From Tubulanus polymorphus (lineage: Eukaryota; Animalia; Nemertea), in assembly GCF_964204645.1 (NCBI RefSeq), contig NC_134029.1, positions 8,830,850-8,894,849 on the forward strand: a stretch of 64,000 nucleotides of DNA, given 5' to 3'. The position numbers were made by a program, and so were the translations under genes. Numbering within the stretch: the first letter of the stretch is position 1; each line of letters begins with the position of its first letter. The notes under the pieces are model-generated. The model worked only from the letters and a program-made list of their open reading frames with translations. It was not told the DNA's origin and searched no databases. Shown here one piece after another: positions 53,760 through 64,000 of the stretch.

Positions 53760-53803
53760 GTAAGCTTGCACGAGATAAAAACCGCCCGTAGTCACTCCTC
53801 TCC

Positions 53804-54142
53804 CATCCTCCCTCTGCAGGGACTCGAACCTGATGGCATCGCTACACTCAGCCACGGCACGAACCCCTGCATCAGTAGACCGGTTGCGCAGGTACATGCG
53901 CAGCTTTCCGAACGAAAACTGGCGGCACCAATCAGATTGCTCGTTGTATAATCGTTGAGGCAAATTTCAAGGAAGAACTAAAAATGGGAAAACCCGGGCT
54001 AAAATAAAACGGGATTTCTGATTGGCTAAAAATTACATCATCTGAACTGCGCATGTATCTGCGCACACGGTCGATTATGGCAGGGTTTCGTGCCGTGGCA
54101 ATCTCGATGCCATCAGGTTCGAATCCCTGCCGGGGGAGGATG
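53804..54142. mobile_element. Mutator-like MITE with ~100-bp TIRs and a 9-bp TSD
   Basis: Termini CATCCTCCC.../...GGGAGGATG; perfect flanking direct repeat CTCCTCTCC (53795-53803 and 54143-54151). Lies 44 nt after an exon donor. Confidence 0.85.
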
Positions 54143-54478
54143 CTCCTCTCCGTGTTGTTGGGTCTTTATACGTGTATAATAAATAATTGAAGACGACACT
54201 GCCCCGCCTTATCACGCGAAAATGATCCCCGTCGAAGTGATTACGATACGCGATATACGTACTGAAGTTCAAAAGATATCAGGATGATGAAAGGCCAAGG
54301 AAACGGCTATAATTTGACGTATGGGATACTGTAGAAACAGTAACAACTGAACAATTCGCTAGTAATCTGAGCATGATATTGTCCCTCTAATTATGCACGC
54401 GGCATTTCCCTCTGGGTATATATGAATTCAAGGAAATATCCATGATATCAGTATACAGGTATCCATGATCTTTTTCAG

Positions 54479-54561
54479 GTTAACGATAAAAGCTAGCTGT
54501 CCGATGTATTTACAATTTTTCCCTATAGACGAACAACTATGTCCTCTAGTATTCAGAAGCT
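54479..54561 (+). CDS. GABA-A alpha-like subunit, 83-nt Cys-loop exon
   Basis: tttttcAG|...|GTaagt. Encodes (R)LTIKASCPMYLQFFPIDEQLCPLVFRS(Y), containing the C-x13-C Cys loop; phases match both neighbours. Confidence 0.97.
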
Positions 54562-56079
54562 GTAAGTATATATAACAGAGAGAAATTGACAGACGGTATA
54601 CGTACTCTAAATCGTCATTTCTACGGGGTTCGCACAGTCGTCGAATCACCTTCGGTCTTATTCGGTTACAATAAAAGTCTCCCAAGCACCATCACGAAAA
54701 CCTTTCATCTTTCACGATGAGTGAAAATTATCAAAGTCGAATAATTTCAAAAATGAATATCGATGCAATTGACATTGAATCGACCTCTTTGAAGCATAAA
54801 TCTCGGGTAAACAATATAGCCTGTTTTAAGTCAGTATCATAAGGTAACGCACAGTACATTATTAAAATTCATTTTCAAATAGGCCTATACGTTATCTCTC
54901 AAAAATTTCAACTTGACACTCTATGGAAGTTAGTTCTGATTTCACCTTTAAATGTATTGTTTCCATACTCCCACAACCGTTGAGTATCGGATTTTCCGGA
55001 TTTTGTAACCCGGGGGAGGAGTGATTGTCTGTGATACGCTGTTTATGTTTTTCTAAGATTACAAAAGCGAATATGGTTTTGTGAAGGTCATTGGGTTATC
55101 ACCAGTCATTTACAAAAGTATATTTAACAAATCCTAATCAGTCATTTAATTTTTTCCACTATAAATTTAGATCTAGAAAAATATAAAATCAAAAGTTACG
55201 CGATAGTGACAATTTCAACTTAGCGAGTAATTTCAAAATCTTCCTTTCCAAACGCCTTTTCGGAAAAAATGAATGACTATTTATGAATAACTATAGATAC
55301 CATAATAGTTATGATCGGATTAGTTATGAACGACATTCCCGGGTCACGTTCTTCGCTAACTGTCAAAGACATGATAATCGTATTCGCTATACCCCAAAAT
55401 ACGATTACCGCATTCTTTCACCCGAGATTGTCCTGGGCGAATTGTCGAAAATCGCTGTCCTCGATCTAGCCCGGATCACTCCATCGTGAGCTAAGCAGGT
55501 GGGTTAAGTGGATTATTCACCGAACAATATGAAGTATAAAACACCCGATATGCGGAGATTCCCTGGTCGGGGTCAAGAAGTGCAACAGCGAATCGAGGCG
55601 ACTGAGGCAATGCTAGGGCAAAATAACATAACAACGCTAGATTGATTGATAAATTGATTCGGCAAGACTGAATGAAGATCTTGGATTCAGTTTTACGATC
55701 GTCTGCGATCGTTTGTGTAGTAATCATGTGGCGTTTACGCTCGTATCGCCGGAGGGAATTGATGAAGAGTTTTTGCAAAATATCGAATATTGAGAAATGA
55801 ATATTCGGTTTGTCTTCGGGTTGAATAGAAAATCTGACATTCTGGACATTTCAGCCTCTGGTTCATCGCCCAATAATGTACTCAATTCGTTTTTTAAAGC
55901 TTTTAGTGGAACAAATATCGAGCTTGGAGCCGGTTCACAGAAGACTTACTATATCATATTCCATTGACATGTCATGAATATTGTGTTATTATGAATGAAT
56001 GAGTCATTCGGTAAAACAGCATCGTTTTAAACCTGTAGCCATCTTACTGGTGCGATTTCGGCGATCCTCTTTCAGGTAG

Positions 56080-56405
56080 TCAGGAGTGGATCCACAGGGA
56101 CCACTGTTGAGGGTAGCACAAGGGCACGATCCAGGAAAACGAGGGGGAAATTCTGAAGAATTTGAAGATGCTTTTTGGTGCAATTTCCAAGCAATGAATG
56201 AAGACCTGGTGCAAAGCGCTTCTTAGAAAATTTACTGCATTGAGATGTAGTTTCCAGGCAATTGAGACAAAATCCTGAAGAGATGAATTCCTTTATGTTG
56301 AAAATTCCCTGCCTCGTCTTATAAAATGTACTTTTAAAATTCATAGGGACAACATGGCATCGCGTTTTTACATCCAGTTCCAAACTGTTCTTGTCCACTG
56401 CGCAC
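56080..56405. mobile_element. CAGG(G)-terminated MITE family; copies at 13713-14030 and 39215-39361 (reverse, partial)
   Basis: Shared ggatcca...ttgagggtagcacaa...gaaaatttactgcattga.atgtagtttccaggcaat...aaaatcctgaa. Confidence 0.65.
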
Positions 56406-57880
56406 TGCAAATCCCGGTAGGATTCGAACCAAAAGTCCGATCTACTTTCAAATATATCTACCCCTAGACTTTTTACCTATTTAGATTTGTTGAGTTCTAA
56501 AACTCGTCTTCATTACTGTTAATTCCGACTTCCATCATCGGAAGCATTTATTCGAAAAAGTGAACGTATTCTACTCAGATCTATTCTGTATTCACGTCTC
56601 ACATTTTTATGATATTAGTTCATTTCGCAATTCGCTTGAAAATACTTTTAACTGCGCTGCAATTCTTCATTACAATCACATAATCTCCTACATAACATAC
56701 GCTTGGAGGTCATCATCGGGATTGTCACATATGACGTGTATAAGTACACTTGGGTGAACTGTTGGTTCGAATCGGTGGTGCAGTGTGACACAGTTAAAAA
56801 AAGTTTTCGACGCTCTGCTGCATCGATTGGCCTACAAAAACTCGTAGCAATCCAATAAATCCTAAAAAATCCTATCTGCTGTAAAAGCAGCCTTCTCGCT
56901 CTAAAGCCGGACAAGACATACTTTAGTGGTCAGAGTACTGTGAGAGTTGAAAGCCTAGCCGGAGATTTACTCCAAACGTTTCAGATATAAGTCTAAAATC
57001 TGTGAATTTAGAAATAAACGATTTCCAAGAAAACTCGTGGCAGTAGGGCAAACCCTACCCCCCTTGCTTTTTAAATTTAATTTTGTGTCCTTTACGACAA
57101 ATCAATATCAATTTTGGATATATTTCCACATTGACATGGTTTTTGGGGATGGGTCAAATTTGACCCCAGGCTGCTTCACTATTAGTTAAGATTACCTAAA
57201 TATACATTTACAGCGAAACTTCATAATCTGAAAAAGTGCATCCTTAATGCCCAGTATTCTATATATGACCCTAGGTTGTTGAAAACGTACACGCTACGTT
57301 CTGGCCATGGGTCATAAATTATATGACCCCTTGGGTCGAAGAAGTAAATTTCAATTTCATGTAAAGCCACCTGGTGGTTTTTCTACTAGCCAACAAGGGT
57401 TATATGTGGAACTTGGGCTTTTACGGTTGCACAGTCTTTCTCCCACCATCAACAGTTCTTAAATCTATCAGTGCAGGAGGAGTAAATAATTGACCCGGTT
57501 CTCTGGGGCAATTAGAAGTCACGCTGACGTCTTGTCTGTTTGTTTGTTTGTTTCATTCAGCTGTTTATAATCAAACACTTACCTTAGTTCAATTGATTGA
57601 AAAATTTCGCAACTCAGACGTGCAAGTGCTGGCTCTTACAAGTCATGACGGTGTTCAACAATATTGGTTATTCAATTTCGTGAAATTGCAAAATGTATCA
57701 CAAGCACTGTATTTCCATTCGCCGCATTCACTTTTTTAACGGCCGTGGTATTAGTTGTGTCTTCATAAAAAAAACAATGCACAAATGGTTTCATCAAGAA
57801 GTCCCTAGAATACTCTTTTCAAAGGTGTCTAAAGCTAAACGAAGTATTTTGTTTAACTTACATTTCTAATCTTCTTTCAG

Positions 57881-58021
57881 ATGCATATACTAAAGAGGAT
57901 ATAGCGTATTTATGGAAATACGGACCAAATAAGTCAGTGAAAATATCTGACGACATGCGACTATCGCAGTTTGACTTAAGTGGATTTCCTCAGGATAATT
58001 TCACTGAACTCAGAATGACAG
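57881..58021 (+). CDS. GABA-A alpha-like subunit, 141-nt exon (loop B end, loop F, loop C)
   Basis: cttctttcAG|...|GTaaaa. Encodes (Y)AYTKEDIAYLWKYGPNKSVKISDDMRLSQFDLSGFPQDNFTELRMT(G); contains the 'LSQFDL' motif; phase 1/1. Confidence 0.95.
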
Positions 58022-59364
58022 GTAAAAGAATCTTAGGGTTTTTCCATTAGTCTTTGGAACTAAACGTGCATCGCTATTGAGAGTGTGAAGGACTATTGGC
58101 CACATGCTGCTTTAAGTGACAACTTTCATCGTGGAGTCTTTTGGAATTGAAAAATTTGAAAATGGTTTAATAACAGCCAGAGTGGGCCAGAGCCATCACC
58201 CAGAATTAGGTCGGTTGCTTGCTACATCGCAGATTTCGATTTTAATGCCAATTTGAAATGTTTCCATTATTTTTTAGTAAGATTGTTGCATTCCGTGAGA
58301 TGTGTTTGCCTGATCTGCTAGTCACGTCTGTCAGTTCAACTTCAACGATTTATTAAAATTATTACGAAATTAAATTTGAAGTTTTGGAAAAATAGGCTCT
58401 CCCCTTAGGGAAATATTTCCGTGCGAATACAAATTAGTTTACCTGTCCAATTAAGTTCGAGACACGTGATCGGCATTCTTCATCGCGTGGTTTATTTAAA
58501 AAACCAAAAAATACTATAATTACATCTTTAATTCTATATACTTTCAAGAGATGCCCTTTTTCGAATGCACCACATTAGGCCTACGTGATTAACAATCGAT
58601 TAGCGTTTTTGCGACCTACCTATTTGCTTATCGATCGGATCAATCAATGCATTTTTATGAAGTCACGGTGATATTCTAGGCTAGTGACATCTCTCCTGGA
58701 AGGTTCGCTATAAAGCTAGGGTAAATACAAAACTAAATTCAACTTATACGTGGCTCGATTAACTGAGAACCGGCTCTGTTCCTGACAGGTTTTAGTCGGT
58801 TGTATTATTTTCATCAGCGCTGCTGCTAGGATCGTTCGCGTTCTTGCTGATAATTGCGGAAAATCCTGCCGACGGTGTCGGGTATATGCAGCACCGCGGC
58901 GAATGATTCATTTCAAAAGGACGAGTCGGGAATTGTTTGCATTCGCTAGCTGTGCAAATTAAACTCATTCGTCCCGAGACTTGAATTCATATCGAACGAT
59001 CATATGACTCCTGTCCGGGGAAATAAGACAGAACCTGCTCGACAGACTTATCTATCATCTATACGCATGGCATTTGACAACCTATGATGCTGCGGTCACC
59101 GCTTGTTTAATGACCGACCACAAGACCTAAACCAATAGAATCACCGTAGCGAGTAAATTAGTGTGCACAGTCTGTGCGTGGAGTCACTTCGTCTTTGATA
59201 AATCAGCACGATATCAACGTAAACTCAAACATATGTAAATACTTAACAAGTCCCAGCCGTGCATACAACGAGTAACGAACGAGAAAACTAACTTGAAGTT
59301 TATTGACGCCTTGAAAATAACACATCGTTTGATATTGTCGACAATTAATACCGGTAATATGAAT

Positions 59365-60177
59365 ACGGGATATCGACAAATTCATATTCTTGAATTACTC
59401 GTTTGATGGCGCTAGTCAGAACCGGAAATTTGAACCTAAAACCGCCATGTTCTAGTTCATTTGCAATAAAAATCTCTCGCTTCAAGTTTTTAGTTAGCGA
59501 TATTTTACTTACTATACAACGGCACGCATAATCCTTTGAGTATGATATCCTGACAATGTGTTGAATTCGATAAAACACCACTTCAAACGCTAAAGATTAC
59601 TAGAAATGTAAAAAAACTACCAAATTTAGCGATGACGCTCGAAGCAGCTAACGGAAGTAATGACTGGTGCCGGGTGTCATCACTTTGTTGTTGAGTTCAA
59701 GACTCTTAACATAAATTTATTGCAGGCTACACTGATAAATATAAAATAATATTATGAAATAAAATTGATTTTAGAAGGACTAAACTCGTAGATTCATAAT
59801 AAAAATATGAAAAGTACCAGGACTCGAACCAACAATCAAAACTGGGCCGTCAAGTGCTGCCACCATGTGACACCTGGCAACCAGTCTTTGCATCGTCAGC
59901 AGTTGCAAAATATTTTTTGATAATTTTTAATTTTAGGACATTTATAGTGATTTCTAGCCTTTGCAGTGAGGTTTCATCATATCCAACGTAGCGATAGGAT
60001 ATTTAAAGGATTATGCGTGACGATATATAGTAAGTCAAATATCGCTCATTGAAAACTTAGAGCGAGAGATTTTCATTGCAAATGAACTAGAGCATGGCGG
60101 ATTTAGGTTCCAATTTCCGGTTCTGACTAGCGCCATCCAACGAGTAATTCAAGAACTTGAATTTGTCGATATCCCGT
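59365..60177. mobile_element. Foldback/MITE with ~250-320-bp inverted arms and an AT target duplication (ISL2EU/PHIS-like)
   Basis: 59365-~59690 is the reverse complement of ~59865-60177 (ACGGGATATCGACAAATTCA...TGAATTTGTCGATATCCCGT). Flanks read aAT[...]ATt. Confidence 0.8.
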
Positions 60178-60204
60178 ATTATATTATGTTACGGATCAAT
60201 AGAA

Positions 60205-60450
60205 TCATTTTCGATTTGAATATATCAATAATCGATCGGCAACCAGTCTAGCCCCGGTATGGTGGTGACGTAGTGCACATCCTTTTAAAATGATTATCGA
60301 ACTATTGACGTGAGCCAAATGTATTTCATGACAAAATAAATGCCAAAATTCTCAAATTGTTATTTTGAATGCCAATATTGATGACGTAGTGCACGTCGAC
60401 TCACAAAGACCCCAGTATCAATGTATATAAACATTATTGTAACGGTTTTC
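60205..60450. repeat. Interspersed repeat; copies at 27120-27255, 27800-27990 and 37895-37995
   Basis: Shared tttgaaacgccaatattgatgacgtagtgcac. The 27800 and 60205 copies also share gatttgaatatatc.ataat...ggcaa.cagtctagcccc. Confidence 0.65.
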
Positions 60451-63284
60451 ACGACGTCAAAAAACTGCACGCATAAACTAGTAAAAAGCATAACATTTCA
60501 CCATCACCTCGGAGCTGAAGACCAAGCGCGTCTAATGGATACTACTCATTAACGGAGCAATAAATGGGTTCTTTCGCGAGTAGTTAAACGCTTGTGCTCA
60601 AGTCTCCACGACCTTGATTCGCCTCTCAATATTGACTGATTAGATGGATAGAGCGTTGACAGAGTGAATAAGGCAGACGGAACCCGAGGAAATGAGGAAA
60701 ATTAATTATATGGCTGGTGATCTCCGACGAAGAACAAAGTGATTTTATTCAAGCTGTCCTTTTTGCGTGTTCTCTTCATGAACAGCTCCTCGAAAAAGTT
60801 TGTCTTGTAATAAAAGTGCTCGATATTGTATGCGATATCATCCATAATGCGATTGTCAAACGATCGTTGTAAGCATTCGAATCGGAATTCTGAAATGTTT
60901 CTAGGAAATCAAATCAAATCAACCAGCGTAAACTACTTTCCACCATTCCGACTTAGGATACATCTTTCGACGCTCAATGTTCGACTGCGGACTAGCTTCG
61001 AATCTCCGCGTCTCAGCAAATTCATTGGAATGACGTAAATTCTTTCTCGTATAGAACCCTTCTGCAAAGAGCAATAACCGCTTGTGCGACAGCGATGAAG
61101 TATCGACCTTTATTGACCGTAAGGCACCATTGCCGATATAAAATTGCATAAAAGGATTTGCAAAGTTGATACGAGTAATGTTGTTTGCAGATTAACACCA
61201 TCTGTTGTCGGCCATTTTGTTCTCATATCTGTCGCGAAACAATATGTGCAATCTGGTCATTGCGCCGACATAACGACCCGTTAATGGCTATTAGGCTCGT
61301 GTTTTGGGATTATCGGTAATCGTTGCCCGATAGAACGGAATGCGCTGTTGCAAAAGGAAGTCGGAGTAGGTTTATGGACAGTAAAGGCACCTCGTTTCAC
61401 GGGGACGTGACCGCTAAAAATCGCTAGGCCACCGCCGTAGTTAGTCGGCTTAGCAAATTCACCGTTATCGATCGGACAAGTACTAAATTTGGCATAAAGG
61501 TTTCCTGATTTTCCATCTTCCAAGATTACGGCAAAATTCACGATGGCCGCCTGGAATATAAGGTTGCACATGGAATATATAGGTTGTGGAATAATTTCTG
61601 TTTTATTGGTTGCCATCTTTGAAATGAAGGTGACATGTCAAGTATCTGTACCAGCAAAACAAGAAACCTCTGAATCTTATTTTGTTCATTTCCTATTTTC
61701 ACAGCCAGACGAAATTCTCGAATTGTAATGGCATCCATTTTGAAATTTGGCCACCATCTTGGAAATGGTTGACCTTAGCAAAATTTCATGATAGCAGCAA
61801 CTGCCCCAGTGCCCCTGGACATCCCCGAATCGATGCCTTGTTTGTTAATTTTGTTCACAACCAGATATTTGAACTTCTTTTTTCAGACGGATTCTAGCCG
61901 CCATCTTGGAAATTTGAATCCGATCAAAGATTGACTTCAAAGATGAGGATAAATATCTTATGACCTTTTTTCCCGACTTTTCACGCGACGGATTATCCAT
62001 ATTCAGTTCTATTAAAATGCCAATCAATGGGATACCCACGTCGGGTTTTTAAATTGGTACTGCAATCATCTCAGTCCGGCGTTACGGGTTTCATGCGTTC
62101 ATGGGAATCCGGCTGCGGGATTTCTTCGTCAAAGGCAGGGGCTAAGCCAAGATTTTCTGAATTTTCGAAGGTTCATTTCGGGGGAAATGAAAACTGGAAT
62201 AGGGGTAATCGAAATATTTTTTTTTCTGGGCGAAAGTTCGCGTCTGGAAGGACCTACGTACCTCGACGTCTCCCTCGCTCGTGGCACTCGGCAACTTTTG
62301 GGGATTAAAAAGAAAAAAGACAGAAAGAAAGTAAGAGACCTGACTTGATGCGTCTGATTTAGATTCGTTCTGACGAAAAATTCGTGAGCGTACTGGCTGA
62401 TATTTAATATCCGTAATGTGTTTTGCAGACACCTCGTGTAGATCCAGTCAGTATGTTCTTGTTTGCACTTTCCTTTCGATAAACCGAAGGCCATTATGAA
62501 ATGTATCTGATCGCATCGCGCATTAAATCAACAACCGGCGGTCAATGTTACTCGGCAGAAGCTACTGTCGTATATTAGCCGAGATTTACTTGACTTGCGA
62601 CACACGACTTTCGACACTCTCCTCACTCGATTCGGCCGGGTGATTATTTGCATTCGGTCTCGCAATCTCGTCACTGAAGTTTATTGCTCTCCCACGATAT
62701 GAATCTTCAAAGCATCTTCTCGATAAATGTTATGAATTGTCACCTTTCCGATCGTTTACCGGCTGCTCCTGGTAACAGGATCACAACTCGCCGACCGGGT
62801 CACGATCTAAGTACATCGTGTCTTTAATTGATCAGTTTTCCCGTATTTAATTTGAGGGATTGTCGGTACGGTGAATTTCAAAGGGTATTTGACAATGAAG
62901 AAGACAAAAAGTTTCCAGTTTTTGGGCCTAGCCATGCTGTGGTGGTCCCTCGAAAAGCATCACAGCAATAGGGACATCGAGGGACTGCCACAACACAGTG
63001 CCCACTGGAAACATCTTTATTTTGTCTAAGTCTTTCATAGCAGTCATTCTTAGAAATTCATTTTTTGCATAAAACAGAATTGCACAGAAAATGATTTTCA
63101 TTCATGTTTCTATCATTTTTGTCGACGGCGGTCATTTTTCTGCGTTAATAAATCACTCATGAAAATAATCGATTTTTTTTCATATTTCGTTATTTTTTTC
63201 TTAAGGTTGAGGTTGATCCTCAATATCAGAATTTACATTATCGCTGCATCATCGTCATCGTTTGTCTTTTTTTCTTTATTATAG

Positions 63285-63437
63285 GTGAATATTCGTCGCT
63301 CAGAGTTCAGTTTCAACTGCAACGACATATGGGATATTTTCTCATTCAAGTGTATGTGCCTTGTACGTTAATAGTGGTGCTTTCCTGGGTTTCTTTTTGG
63401 CTCAATCGGGAGGCGACTGCTGATCGAATAGGATTAG
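63285..63437 (+). CDS. GABA-A alpha-like subunit, 153-nt exon (pre-M1, M1, start of M2); gene continues beyond the window
   Basis: ttctttattatAG|...|GTaagg. Encodes (G)[50 protein letters not shown](G). Confidence 0.97.
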
Positions 63438-64000
63438 GTAAGGGTTGATGATAATACGACCACACAACCGTAAAAAAGATGTATTCAATTTTGTCGAACC
63501 TTCACAGCTTATACACGATGCTGAGGATAGCGGCGAGACGCTGCAAAGTACGAAAAACCTATATGAAAGGACCCGTACTAGGGCAACGTTTCGAATTCCC
63601 GCGCGTACAATGTTGAACTATCTATGGTAATGTCATTGTCTATGTATAAACTTCTAAATTGAATCGGTTAGCCCTAAGAATATTTCGATCGCACGATCAA
63701 ACATTTCGTTCCTACGAAAAGATTTTCGTTCGAACGAAAATATTAATTCGTTTGAATGAAAAGATTATTTCTTTAGATTAGAATAGATTATTTCGTTCCC
63801 ACGTAAAACTTTTACGAAAAACATTTCGTTCTAACGAAAATAAATTATTTTTCACCATGTCACCGCCGGGGCTCTGTACTAGCTTGTAGTATTGTTAATG
63901 ATAATCATACATGCTAGAGTAATACTAATGGTGGAAACCACGCGTGATTCTTTTAGCTTAGAACTCGATTTATTGGCTATGGAATTTAGTCAGACCATTA

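Noticed and set aside
54562-63284. Possible mutually exclusive duplicate exons, as in insect Rdl
   Set aside because: No second copy of the 68-, 83- or 141-nt exons was found by eye in the introns; a translated search would be needed to exclude it fully.
63521-63560. CTGAGGA followed by a hairpin, hammerhead-like
   Set aside because: No GAAA follows the hairpin.

Overview
AT-rich, repeat-dense DNA from an animal genome. It looks like an invertebrate because CpG is not visibly depleted, but the species cannot be determined from the sequence. Almost all ORFs in the supplied track are noise. The one real protein-coding gene is a + strand, intron-rich Cys-loop GABA-A receptor alpha-type subunit of the insect GRD/CG8916-like class. 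Six exons (47010-47134, 51797-51864, 53539-53759, 54479-54561, 57881-58021, 63285-63437) join in phase through GT-AG introns. They encode the ligand-binding domain, Cys loop, M1 and the start of M2, and the gene runs off the right edge. Its selectivity segment reads ATADR instead of the anion-channel PAR. Two tentative 5' exons lie at about 33.5 kb and 45.1 kb. The window also holds tRNA-Val(CAC), tRNA-His(GTG), a ~100-bp 28S rRNA fragment in an intron, a LINE reverse-transcriptase remnant, a tRNA-derived SINE and a near-perfect 404-bp tandem duplication. Many non-autonomous DNA-transposon (MITE) families are present, including a Mutator-like MITE with tRNA-like, B-box-bearing termini, as well as Penelope-type minimal hammerhead ribozyme motifs. 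All calls were made by eye; no database search or folding program was run.
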